From Antedon mediterranea (lineage: Eukaryota > Animalia > Echinodermata), in contig NC_092671.1 in the NCBI RefSeq assembly GCF_964355755.1, positions 6,634,001-6,698,000 of the forward strand: DNA of 64,000 nucleotides, in the 5' to 3' direction. This document shows, piece by piece, positions 24,193 through 38,400 of the stretch (position 1 is its first letter; every line of letters starts with the position of its first letter). Both the position numbers and the translations under genes were made by a program. The notes beneath the pieces are model-generated. The model made no database searches. It saw nothing but the letters and a program-made list of their open reading frames with translations, and was not told the origin of the DNA.

Positions 24193-25562
24193 TTTTAGTG
24201 CTGAGCTCCACAATGTATAATAAAACTACTACAACAAATGTTCATCTATTTTGTAGAGTATGTATCTGTCGCTTTATTCAATATTTAACTCCAAATACAG
24301 CATGTCTCTAAAAGTGAAACCGAGTTTACGATTGTTTTGGATAATAATAATATCTCAGAGTAAGTTTCACAATATTTACACAAACTGAAACGCTATGATT
24401 AATAGTCTTCTATTTATAGTAACGAAGATTCCTTTGAAATTTGGATTTTCTCACAAATTTCAAAAAACTGACTGACGCTAGTGTGTCTTTTTGGTTTCGC
24501 TCCTTTGAAGAAAGTAACGGGAATTGAAATAATCTTCATTAAAGAAGATCGAGTGACTACTCAAAGACTGGTGGTGACTTGTGAAGTTCAACGGTCTTAC
24601 CCGTCTTTGACAGATCATCCATCCACTAAAACTGTTCAGTTGAATTGAATGAATATGAAACGCCTCCCAAACAGAGGGATTCCTAAATGCAGAACATTCT
24701 ATTTTTCAAATAGGGAAAATCGTCAAGCATTACCAAATAATTTTAGTTTTATAACTGCATTATGTACTTACTTTCAAGCAAATTATTGTTTAGCATTATT
24801 ACATAATATAAATGTCATAACATTATTTTATATAGTATCTGTTTTGATTACAAATGTGATGTTATTCTTCGTTGCAGAAAATGGATTATTCCATATGGCA
24901 TGCCAAAAAGGTGACTAGTTATATTAGCAGCACAACACAATTTTTACCCAACGAAATGAAACGCGTTGGCGTTTGACATCATGACATCACATCCTGTTTA
25001 CTTATATCAATAGTGTTTCATTTTTTAGAGAAAGTTTGCATTTTGTGTTTTGATATAATTATGCCTATTTTATGTTGGCACTTGGATAATTTTAAAAAGT
25101 GACGTGTATAGTAATACATAATTACAAAAAAAAACAAACAAAAAAACTGACAAAAATGTAGGTCGCTATGATCGATTCAAGGTCTATTTTGTATTTGAAT
25201 GATAACCTTCAATATTGAAGCGAAATCAAAACTTGGATCGAAAAAAAAAGTTTCTATGGTGGCCGTGGTCTTATTATAATAATATAATGAAATACTGTCT
25301 TAGTCTTGGCATGGAATAATTATTTAGAATCCCTCTCCTAGGGTCCTAGTGTAGTTTAGGCCTATAGTTCTGGAAAAATTCACTTATTAGGCCTATGACA
25401 AAGTACACTTTTTATTGTCAAACTGAATAAACGTATTGATTGACTTAGATGGGTCTGAACTCTGAGATAAATGATGTACTTCAATAAAATAGAAAGAGGA
25501 CAACACGACGGGGGACAACATTAAAATACATGAAAAGTTTCATTTCTAATTTCTTTTTTTTT

Positions 25563-26166
25563 TATTACCTCCGCCAAGGAGGTTATGTTTTCACGTACCC
25601 CTGTATGTTTGTGTGTGTGTTTGTGTGTTTGTGTGTTTGTGTGTTTGTGTGTGTGTCTGTGAACAGCCTGGAGGCCACAGTTTTTATCCGATTCTAACCA
25701 AATTTGGACACAATGATCTATGCCCAAAAAGCTTGGACGAGTTCGAATTTGAGAGGGAAAGGTCATAGGTCAAGGTCACAACTAACAAAAAACTATTTTA
25801 CTGCCTAGAGACCACAGTTTTGATCTGATTGTCACCAAACTTAGCCACAATGATCAATGACACATCATATAATTGTGGTTAAATTTTGAAGGGTCAGGGT
25901 CAAAGATCAAGGTCCACAAAAAAAAAAAAAAAAAATAATAATAAAAAAAAACCCCTCAGTGGGACTTGAACCAGCGATCTCAACTGTGAGAGGCTGGATA
26001 CATAACCATTACACCACACTGTCATCCACAACTTTGAAGTGTGCAGTTAATATATTTACACTTAGAACTAATAAAAAAAAATGAAAAAAAAAAATATTCA
26101 GGGGGAATTTTATGTAGGGGAATTTTACAGTAGGCGGAGGTTTGTACTCTCGGAGTACCCTCTAGT
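25563..26166 (+). mobile_element. Non-autonomous Helentron-associated (HINE/DINE-like) element
   Basis: 5' subTIR/palindrome acctccgccaaggaggt, (TG/TTTG)n microsatellite, 3' subTIR ggcggaggt, hairpin gtactc-tcg-gagtac, terminal ctagt. Confidence 0.7.
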
Positions 26167-26380
26167 CTTTCTTATTTTTTTTCTTCTTCTTTTTCTCCCA
26201 TTTTTCTTTCTTTCTTGGCATATTTTTTTCTCATTTTCTTTTTATAGGGGCCTAGTTATTTTCAAAAATAAAGTAGGCCTACGTACACAGTAGTACACTG
26301 CTATCAGTTTACGCGTTTAATGTTTTGGAAGTGATTTTCATCATAGGAATTGACCGTGTGTGTACGTTTACGTAATCAAC

Positions 26381-26488
26381 ATGGCAGATGGAACAGAATC
26401 TCCTGAATATGACCCTACAATATCTGTGGGTAGTGCAACCGTTCCCGTTACAACCGATGTCGATGAGCTGTCTAAAATTGCAGCCAAG
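26381..26488 (+). CDS. SNX4: SNX4 exon 1 MADGTESPEYDPTISVGSATVPVTTDVDELSKIAAK
   Basis: Strong Kozak context caacATGG, donor AAG|gtattt, phase 0. Confidence 0.75.
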
Positions 26489-29400
26489 GTATTTATACAT
26501 ATCTATGTGTAATTTAAATGAGGAAACCTCTTTTATAAGACGTAGTATTTTAGATTTAAAATTGCCCATTAGCTTGGCTAGGGCTAGGCTCCCTCTTTTC
26601 TTTCATTAATAACCAGCAGCAACAGTCTTCGACCGTCAGCGCCATGAAGGGTGGGTAGCCCTGGCCGGTTTCACTCATATAGACATAGGCCTAGGCTTAG
26701 GCTAGACTGAGACAATCCTTTCAATGTATTCTAAGTGCATAGAGACTAGCTAGACCTAGGATAGGCCTTATTATTTTAATTTTTGACATTCAAACAAACT
26801 CAAGCGGAATGACGGATTTTTTAGATACTACTAGGCCTGGCTAGGCCTCTAGAAAAATAATACTAAATGCGAGTTCCAGATCGATCTGTAACTAAAACTG
26901 TGTATTCTATCTGTGTCAGTACTGGTTCTAGAGTAACTAGGCTAGGCTTAGTATATAGAATAGTAGTATAAAGGGTATAAAGGCAAGAAGTGGGTTGTAG
27001 TTTTATGTTGTAAAATTGCCTGTTTTTTTAAATGAATTCTTTTGTATTTCAAGACTTTTTTCTAATTAAATGTATCCTCTGCTGTTTTTTTTTTCACTCT
27101 TTAGATTCGACAAGCAAGGCCTCCCAGACCCTGTGTTTATCTCACTGTCCAGGTAGCATTTAGCATGTTTGCTTGCAAAATTCAATTTTAATGTTATATA
27201 GACAGAAAGAACATGGTAGCTACTGATATTCACTCACAGAGCAAATTACATTAATGGGATTAATAAATAGTGAAATTACTGAAAAAGTGCATTCAAATGT
27301 TAGCTCAGTAATCTTTTTAAAGTTCCAGATTTTTTCATAAACCAACATTTTCATAAAATAAAATACTGTTTTTTGCAATCAAACCATTTAAAAATCAATA
27401 CTAATAATACATTAAAGTGGATAATTTTTAACAAAAGTGCTAGTTTAAAAGTGTTAATGTAACGCTTTCCCTAATTTTAAAACATGCAACAGGTGATTCG
27501 GCGTAGTACAAATACCCCCTCTATCCCCCCTTTCAAGAGTCCAAAGCTAGTTTCTTTTTGGTTAAAATGTAGTTTAACAAAATGTTAAGGTGTTACAGTT
27601 ATTTCTTATGTTTGGTGGCTAATAAATCTAACTTTGACTAAAATTATTGCACTTTATTAACATTTGCATTATCCGTTGATACACATCTGGCAATAAAAAA
27701 TTCATCCCTCAAATCAATTGTATTCAATTTCAAGAAATAATTACAATTCATGTTTTCCAAAATGTTTGTCTTGTTTGTTCATCTTGAGACCTTAGTATAC
27801 TATTCCAGGGTAAAATATACAAAGGTTTCCGTGCTATTTTTGTTATTATTGTTACTATTAAACTGTGATTTTTATTATTTTTCAACTTACTGATTACATG
27901 CATGAATGAATTCTGTTCCAACAATAAGTGGCCTACTGTACATATATCTGATGATCTGTATGTTAGTTTTTCTTTCATTAATTTAGTGAATCTTTTAATT
28001 TAAACAATATATATAAATATCGTCATCGTCTTTTTGAAGGTCATTTAATTTCTTTTTTACTTTTCCTTTGTAAGAATTAAGATTTGTATTAATATTTAAT
28101 AATCATTTTTTATTTCTTTTCATTGAGTCATCATCATCTCACAATAGTTGAAATTAACAAAATAAAGGTTATTGTAGTTTTTGTTTTTGGTTGTTTGTTT
28201 TGATAGTTAAAGTAGTGTTTGCATGTTTAATGTTAAATTGTGATTTGTATTGTGCTATTGTAGCGGGTGTGTACTGGGGATTTTAACCATTTACAATTCA
28301 ATGTGCCAATATTCTTTAAAAATAATGATGAAATAACTCAGTAAGACACACCAGACTTCATTTATTTCACTAAGCAGTACATTTACATAAATGCTGTCAG
28401 TATAAACCAAACAAAAAAATCACAGACTGTATAATTTATAAGCATGGAAATATATGCTCACTATTAGAAGAGCTGCTAGTCAATTAAGTTAAGCAGTACA
28501 GTTGCATAAATTCTGCAGTATAAAACCAAGCAAAAAAGTCACAGACTGGATAATGTCTAAGCATGGAATAAATTATCAAGAAGCTGCTAGTTAACAAGCT
28601 GTACATAACCTGGAACTTGAATTTAGAACACCAAATTAATTTTAAATATTGATTTTCACCTGAGTGAAATTCTAGATATTGTTAGATTGTTTTCCAAGAA
28701 TTGTTAGATTTACATTGAGTGCTCTATTGTAGTAGAAAGTCACAATTTAATGGTTGTGTTCTTTTGTTCAATAATAATTAATACCACTAAAGAGTAATTA
28801 TATTCTGTACTAGCCCAGAGGTATATGGTAAACAGATCTAAATCAGATTATTGAAATAGGCTCTAATGCCTGGATCACAATGAGATCAATTGCAAGACAA
28901 GAAACTATGCAGTATGAAAACCTTAAAGAAAGAGAAATGGCAAATAATTTTCAAGCAAATGAGACTGCTTGATTTAGTATACTGTAATCATATTCATCGA
29001 CAGATAAACCAAATCAAGATACAGTACCACTCTATCAGTCAGTCTTTGTGATCCACTACCATCACATTTTAATAATAATTTGCATATCATTATTGATTTA
29101 AATAGATACATACTGTATGCTGTTAAATTACAGACAGCTTTGTGTATACCAATGCTGGTATAAATACACCTGAGGATTAACTGTTGGTTTAGCAGGGTGT
29201 TGTAGTAAAGAACAAGCTATTTAAAGCTTGTTTCCATCTGATAGTTTCTGTTGTGAATGGGTGAGTGGATACCAATGACAGGCTTTGGTGATTTCTTGCA
29301 GGATGGCACTCTTTTGGAAGCCATGGAGATAAACGTTATCGAGCAGGAAAAACGTACAACTCAGACGTCTATGGGCTTGAAAGATGTGTACACGGTGTAC

Positions 29401-32400
29401 CTAGTAGAAACCAGGTAAGTATGTATAAAGGTGATATTCTGTAACCCCTAACAATTCAATTCTACAGGATTCTATCTGAATTAAACATCCATCTTTGGTG
29501 GTGTGTTTCAATGTCCTATATTCTTCAATCAGTTGCATTAAGCAGGAAAGGGTGAACATTCTGACCTGTATTAGGTATAGTACAGTATGTATTCAATGAT
29601 TAAAATTAAACAAAAAAAGGTTTTTTCTTTAGTAGTAGTCAGCAGGGCAAGTTGTGCAGTATTTTACTTGCCTCTATCAAACTTAACTTGTCCCAACAAA
29701 ATGTTCTGTACAGAATTGGGTCGTCGTTCTATCATTATTTTGAACATTTTTTATGGCACTAGTTAGTATCTTACACACAAATATTTGACTTACCCTTGTC
29801 TGGCGACTGTTTTAATATTTGTGCAATACTTAGCATAGTGACTGCCAGTCTTAACTGAGGTAGATAAACTAAGTTGGTATGTTGTATGAAAGAAATACAG
29901 TATAATACAGTACTTAATAATAAAATGTAAAGCCTGTCTTATAGATAAAATAGTTACTGCACAATTAATTTCGAACATGTACCTACAACGTTATGCTGTA
30001 CAGAGAAATATTTTATATAAAAATTAATTAAAATAATTAATAAAACTAAGTTTAGTATAATTATACTTTCATTGTTTATAATAATTAACGTCTTTGTTTT
30101 GTAGTGTGATTATACATTAAAACTAATTGTTATTAGATTATCGTGGAGGAAGAAACCGCATACAAGTACCAATACCACAATTTCCTTTGTATTTAATTCA
30201 TTCTAGGCCTGTACTAACTACTATACTTAAAAGTACCTTCCCACATCCTATGCATCCTTATCTCTTTCAACTTGTGTTTTGATTTGACCGTCAATGGTGG
30301 GTGATATCGTGGAGTATTATTCTTATTTTTTACTCCATCATTTGATATAGCAGGCTTTTTCAAATCAGACATTGTCAATATCATTCATTCATCGACATTT
30401 TTATTCCATAATCAAAATAAAAACATATACAAATACAATACAAATAATAAGATAATGGAATGGGATACAAAATAAGCACAAGTGCTTTAAGCATGTAACC
30501 CTAACAAAAAGATCAAACAATTAGGACAAACAAAAAAGAACAAACCAAAATAACATAATGTGATTTACTTAACTTAAATATTTATATTGTTATAATATTG
30601 CTTTAATCTCTTAAACAAACTTAAAGTGGGGGATTGTTTTATATAATCTGTTAAATTATTCCAAATATGTGTTCCTTGGTAGGAAATACATTGCTGTCCG
30701 ACTCTGGTGAGTCCAATCGATCCATTCCATTTTAACAGGGTTCATTAAAAAACAATGTTTATTTATACTTAAGAACTTACTTCTATACAGATGTTCCTCA
30801 TAGTGTCATTTAGCTAAAGTAGCATTGGAGACAATCGTCTGTAGTGGCTTGTTAGAATACCACAGTAGTTTGCGTAGAATGTTTGTTTTATAATATTCAT
30901 CCTCAATATTCCATCTACGGACCCATGAGGCAGCCACGGTGCAGTGCCAAACATGAATATTTATGGGCGGAGATGGACCAGTACACAAGGTATAACCCCA
31001 TTGGCCCTTCCGAAAGATGCACTGGGTTCTTAAAAGCCCACAGAATCCAGATCTGTACATAATTTCTATATGTATATTTTATATGCAAATGACAATAATT
31101 AAAAGTAATTTGCCACTGATGAATGAATGAACCCTCAGAAGCATGTCTGAATTTCATAGTAAAGCCGGATTGTGAATTTATTTCCTGCCCATTAACTGCC
31201 CAAATGTAAACAAAACCTGATTGCATACACAGTGTTTATAAATTATCAAATGCAGCCTTTGATGAAAAAACGCAGTAAATGAACTGGCTACATCAACGTC
31301 ATTATTTGACTGTATTTTGTTTTATTAGACAGTTTTTTTTAAGTTGTACAGTAGTATGATCAGACTTGATTCTATTCACTGTACTTTCAATTTCAAATTT
31401 GATCATATTCTAGTACTGTTGTTAAAAACATGTCAATCAATCAGAAATATAATGAACGTCTAAAGTCTAATAACTAGGTCATTTCCAAGTAAAATTTAAA
31501 ATTTAAATGTTAACTACAAGTGCTTTAAAATGTATAGTCTGTTGGAGAGATTTATAGAAAATAATGACTAATATAACTGTTCTACTCCGTGGCCAAAATT
31601 GGAGGCTTTGTGCCTTTTTTTTGATTGGCCGAAGCAGTGGATTAATTGAATAAAAGTTTACTTTAGAAAAACAGGTATGCTATAAAACAGATAATGACTG
31701 TTTTTGTATTTGTTGAATAGGGAGAACTGAATATTTTCATTTGCTGAAAACCTTTTTATTTATTTATTTTATTTATTTCATATTGTTAGTGTTCTTTTTA
31801 ACTCAAACTTTTCATGTGACGTGTTATGATGTGATGTGCCCATATATGGACATGATGATGTCATATCAATACCATATTTAAGCATATCAATACCATAATT
31901 TTGGACATTACAGTTTTTTTGTCAAACTAGTATGATAGTGTAGACAGAGCCTTAGCTTTGTAAAATAGAACAAGTCAGTCCTGGATCCATTCAACTTCAC
32001 ATGAATTATTTGTATTGGTTAATAATATCACGGTATGGTTTCTTTATTTTTTTGACACAGAACCAAAGATGGAGCAAATAAAGCATTGGGACAAGAATCA
32101 ACGTCCCTATGGCGGCGATACAGCGAGTTTGAGCTACTGAGGAACTATCTTCTTGTCACATACTCTCATGTTGTTATCCCACCACTGCCAGAGAAGCGGG
32201 TAAGTGTTTTGAAAATGAATAAACTGATTTTCTTGTTTATACAATATATATAGCATTGGGAAAATCAAGCAATATTGTGAATTTGATCTACCTCAAAACT
32301 GGTATTGATAGTTTATTCAATAAAACCAGTTCAATTGTGTTATGAAATACATATTTTACTCACAACACTGTTTGGCACAAGTGCAACAACTACAATAAAC

Positions 32401-35400
32401 TGAAAAATGTTGGTTCTGTTTTCAGTGTGAATTGACCTCATACTCCCAGGGTTGAGTTGAGGTAAAATTAAAGCTAAGCTGTTACATTGCAACTGAAAAT
32501 ATAATATACTTCCTGGAAACTGGTTGAATGCCCATTCTTGGTGATTCAAATTCGAGTTAAATAGAAACCATTTTATGACAAATTCTTTTTGTGTTTTTTT
32601 TTGTGTGGACCTATTTCTTATAAATAATTGTGTGTAAAACGGTATTCTCCTGTTCAATAGAAAAAGGCACTAAAATCCAGTTATATACAACTGTTATCGA
32701 AAGACATTTTTCTTGTGAATTATTTAAATGAAATATTATAATGACCTAATAAGGACCTCATTTGTGTAGCCTGAATGAACAAACACATTTAAACCAGGTC
32801 TTTATATTTAAAGGACACCATATTGCAGCGAGCCTGTCAAAAATAGTTTAACATTTTCAATAACCATATTTGACCTTCAATGTCTCAATTTTGTATGCTG
32901 AAAACGACAGTAGACATTTTCCCAAAAAAAGACGGGATCAATCGTGGAAATCTTTATATAACTTTTACAGGTGTAGAATTAGAATAGTGACAACACGCGA
33001 TCTTTATCTCGTTGCTCAGAATTCAAAATGTAGGTTTCCAGATGACGGAAATCTGTTCAAATTTTTTTTAGAATGTCTTGATGATCATCATCAATCGCAA
33101 CTTAAAATATCCTTAACATTTATAGAAAATTATAATATAAAAAGCCTCAAAAATTGCTTTTGCAGTAATTTGTTGTTTTGTATAAGTTAGTTTGATATAA
33201 AGTTTGCAGTACACTACGTATATTAATTCTGAAAAGAACTGTTGAGTTTCTTGACGCTTAGGTGTAGTTTGATAGTATCTTGGTGGTAAAGATGTTTGGC
33301 TACCTGATTCCTTTGGTTCAGAGATGTGAGGATTAACTTTGTTTGTGTTTTTCACTTGAATGAATTGTCACTTGAACAAATTGTCACATGAACGAATTGT
33401 CACCTGTATATCAGGACAGTGATTAGTCCTACATGTAATGTACCTAAATGAACTAATAACACAAAATACTATAGAAGCATGTAGTTGTTATTTACTTAAA
33501 GACCCCTTCCCTGCAATTTTGGACGTTTTTTGGAAAATAATACATATATATCACTTTAAAAACATTAAACCATGTCATTCCTTGTCTTATATGTACGTTT
33601 TATGGTAAATTATGATAAAAAGTGAGAAACAATGCACTACCTAAGTAGCTCGCGGCGATCGACCTCTCGTGGACGGTCTTAGGCCTAGCCTAGCTAGGCT
33701 TAGTTTTGTAGGCCTAGCTGGTAAACATCGGTAACGTACGAACATCATACGCTAGCTATATACCTAGCCTGACGTTGTATAGTTGCTGCATTAATTGTCT
33801 TTCTATTTTTGCCAGACTCCGTTGATACAAATTGGGGAAAACCCGGTATTTTCGCTGAAAACTTAGGAGTCTTCCATTTGTTTTGGCCTCACGATCGATC
33901 GAAAACAATAAGACCATATAGTATTATTTTTACATTAAATATAGTTTGTGATCTTAAATTAGATCTAAAAATTGTAGGGAAGGGGGCTTTAACAAGGAAT
34001 GAGGTTGGCCTTAAGGACCACTGTATTTAAAACTGATTTTAGAATAGTGTACAGCTGTAGAGAACATCATAACATAGGATATATTGTATTTGGAAGCATT
34101 TCATTCTCAATCAGGTTTTTTTAGTTTCTATTATTTTATTAAATAATATTTATAGCCCTAGCTTTTTGGATTACATGTTGATAAACACATTATCGTATGA
34201 TGCAATTTGTTATAAACATAAGTACAATTCATAGCTCGGCAGCTAAACATTGCTACCCCATTGCATGTTAAAAAGTAGGTGAAAATAATAATACACATTC
34301 GCACTAGTTAACGTTTTTCATTCCTGCGAATAATTTCATCTAATGGAAAACATTTTTTAAGCTTTGCTGTCAAGTGTGAGAAAGAAACTACAACATGTTT
34401 TTTACATTTTCTTGTTTTTATAGTAGTTTTTCTAGTTTATTATAAAGCAAACGAATCACTTTCAACATTTTAAACAATTATGTCACTTTTGTCGTGTATT
34501 TCAAGTCTAGTTTTTTTTAGTTTTTACAGTATAGTGTGATTTTAAGCAACGTTGAGATGTTATTGATTATAAACTAGTCGTATTTAAGTATATAATACAA
34601 TTATAACATCCAACCAAAGCATGGTGTCTAGACTAAAACAAAATGAGTAAGAGATGCTGTCTAAAATGTTTAAAATAATTTAGAATGTCAGAAACTGAAG
34701 CCTGTATTCTGCTTGGAAGAATGTTCTTTTTTTACAAAACAAATATGACAAAATAGCAGTTAATTTTTTCTGACACACTTTTTTTTGGTTAGTTACTTTG
34801 GCAATTTTCTTCCGATTTCTAATGTATGTATTTAGGAGAGCTGTCTCTATGTGTCTATCTGGAAAATGGAAACTAAAAATGGACTTTTAAATGTCAAACG
34901 TGCCACTAATTAAGAACTTACCGTGTGCTATGCCAGAGAGATTAGACGTACAGTAGTTTGATTGTGGTCGAGAAAGTGATTTTTTACGTTATAAACTTGA
35001 CCAATTGTGGCAGGAAAAGGTCACTATGAATAATTTAGTACAGTTTTTCTAACGGTCAGAAACATATTAAGCAAGAAATTTCCTTTGTGTATGAATGGCA
35101 ACATTTTCATTAATGTTGTATTGATAATTAATGTTTCAATCAACCTCCAATTCTGTTAGTCTGAATATTAATATTAATATTGTTTTCTTTTTTTATACAA
35201 ATCTACTGTACCTCCACCCAAACTGAACAGAGATTGTTTCATCATGCCATTAGAATTTTCAAACAAAATCTTTAACACCGGTTGCTTTAGTAAACCTGCT
35301 GGGCATGCAGTAGACTGTAGTAGCCATGCCTTGTAATAAATGGGCTACTTTGTTGAAGATATCTCTTTAGTGGTTCTAAAGCTTTGTCTACACTATCAAA

Positions 35401-38400
35401 CTAGTTTGACCAAAAAAGTGTGATGTGTCCAAATATAGTAGTGATATGCTTAAATATGGCATCATCATGTCCTAATAATGGGCATATCACATTTTTTTGT
35501 CACATAAAGTTTGATAGTGTAGACAGAGCTTTATGTAGTATAAAAGACAAGGATGTACACAAGCAACAGTTAAATGACCAAACGTGTTGCTTTATGTGTG
35601 GAACAATATAAAAAAAACAATATACAGTATAAAAAACCTGTGTACGTTTCTATGTAGAGGAATTTTTTTATGCAAGCATTAAAATGATCTAGCGGATGTT
35701 GACAGCCAATTCATTGTGTTTTGGTTTCGTACAAGTATAAAATGCCCCACCACTGAAACATGACTATATTGTGTTTAAGAATAGTAATAAATTGTCCTGT
35801 TTTATAATTCGGAAAAGGATTGTTCCTGAAACTCTTCCTGTTGACGACATACAGCACACACCCATCCTTTATATTTGTTGTTCATTGTGAAATAGTTTGA
35901 TATACAGTTTTGTATTACTCAATTAAATTGTCAAAAACATCCGTCATTCATACTTTATTAGTTCTTTAAGTTTCATTATTGTAATATTGTTTACATTATT
36001 ATCCATTTAATTGGGTTATGAAAACTATCACTTGTATTTTACTATCAATAAAAAGTCTATTCTGGTGTAATACTCTGATTTAGGCCAAACAGGCTTTAAA
36101 CCTATGCGCCCCCCCCCCCCCCCCCACTAAATTTTAACAGCCATGTCTTTAAAAATAAAATAATGTAATATTTTTATTTTTCTTCAACCCGACAGATTGT
36201 TTTATCATATGAAATATTTAAGGGGGACCCCCTTCCCCGCTCCCCTAATCTATAATGCTGGATATCCCCGAATTATTTTTTATTATTGTATCATTTCAGG
36301 CAACAATTATGTGGCAACAGTTATCAACTGTCGATAACTTTGATAGTGAATTTATTGAACGGCGACGAACTGGTCTTGAGGGCTTCTTGAGGCGGGTTGC
36401 TAACCACCATAAGCTATGTCAAGACAAGATATTTCATGGTTTCTTGCAAGATGAAAACGGTTGGAAACCTTCAGTGAATGCAACTGGATTCCAGGCTAAG
36501 GTTTGATTTTATTTTTTTAAATACGACAATCAGATCCACGCCACGTAACAGACAGCGCACGCAGCAGAGAATATGTGTAGTACAGTACTTTGGTATAATA
36601 ATTGTTGCAGCCAGACGTAAGATCAAAGGACTGTTACGGGTTCCTATCTTGGCAAGGGGAGCTCATTGTCCTGCTGTTACTAGATTACCTTGCCTGAACC
36701 CACTGATTGTTGTATATTGCCAATTGTAAACAATATCATCAATGTAATTTAAACAGCTCTGTTCAACTTCAATCAAAATAGTTTTTGTCTTATGATAACA
36801 ATATAAATTGATAATTGTATAAAGGTGCTATAAATAATATGCAGTTGATTTTGACTCTATACTGAGTATAAGCCATTCTTGAACTTACTGTGGGCTTTAA
36901 GTAGCACAGTAACATGTACAATGTTTATTTATTTAGTTAGTCTAGACCAAGGCTTCTATGCTAGCCCTACAGTTATTGTCAAATTTCCGATATTTGCCAT
37001 ACTGTGTACATACATTTGAATATGGATTCTTTTGTAAACTACTCAAGCTGTTGCAGTGAATTTCTAGGCTGCATGAAAACAATTGTATGTCATGTACAAT
37101 AGTCGACGTCACAACACAAAATTACTGCAAATTTAGACGATTTTTAGCAGTAATTTCTTTTCAAGGCAAGGCTTCGTGAGACGCCATTACCAAGTTTTTT
37201 TTTGTTTTTTGCTTGTACTTCAAGAAAAAAAACCCAATTCTTGTGGGACTGGGAGAATTTCTGACTAAATTGTCTGGGTGAATGTACAACTAACGCTTAT
37301 CATGATCATCATCTCGTACAGTAGCTGTTCATTGTGGTTTTGTCTTTACCACAGTTGTAAACAGATTTTTAACCACATACTCAAACAAAATTCTTATATT
37401 TTTTACAATTCTATTTTAATTTAAACAGCACTAGTATAAGTACAGTACTAGTAATTATCAATCAGATTTAGTGATTTTATTATTATAAATTATAACAATT
37501 TGATATGGTTCTTATGATTTCCTTGTATCAAAAGTTTGTTGGTACATATCCAAGATATTCAGATAGCTGTCATTGTCATCAGCATCGCTGCAGGTCATTA
37601 CTTCAATAAGGAAATCCGTCTGGGGGGATTTTCACTGTCTAATTATTGTGACCCAATTCACAAGGACACTTGGTGCTTTAAATACAATAGACACAAACTT
37701 TGATAGATTCAAGATCTGATAAAAATTAGTAACATTTTAAAGCTCTGTCTACACTATCAAACTAGTTTGAAAAAAAAAAGTGTGGTGTGTGCACAAATAT
37801 GGTAGTGATATGACATCATCGTTTCCATATATGGGCACATCACATAAAGTTTGATAATGTAGACAGTTTAAAGTACAGTGCAGTGTTTTTACTACAGCTT
37901 AATAAATTGCTTTACTTTAGTTAGTAGTTCTTTCATGTAATGGTGGATCCCACTTGTTGTACACTTCAAATAAAATTGCTACTCCCTTATAGTCATAAAT
38001 TCAGTATAACATGAATATAATTCAGATTAATTAAGTCCCTGTGAAGATAATTTTTGGAATCTAATTTATTTATTATTGTACTGTACCCACCCAATTTTAT
38101 TTTGAACCCTCAAAATAAAAGCTCTGTCTACACTATCAAACTTTATGTGACAAAAAAAATGTGATGTGCCCATATATGGATATCATGTTCATATTACTGT
38201 AATACTATATTTATGAATATCACTATCATATTTGGGCACATCACACTTTCTTTGTCAAACTATTTTGATAGTGTAGACAGAGCTTTACGATCTCAATCAA
38301 TGACAAACTGCTTTTGTGTCAAATTACTGATTTCCAATGACGCCAATTCCATTACATTACAAGAAGAATACTATATGCAGTTTGAACTTTACCGATTTGT

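Noticed and set aside
25951-26023. Possible tRNA gene on the minus strand
   Set aside because: Acceptor and anticodon stems do not pair well and it lies inside a transposon.
30806-33355. Several 80-106 aa ORFs inside SNX4 introns
   Set aside because: AT-biased composition, no motifs, often non-ATG starts; no evidence for a nested gene.
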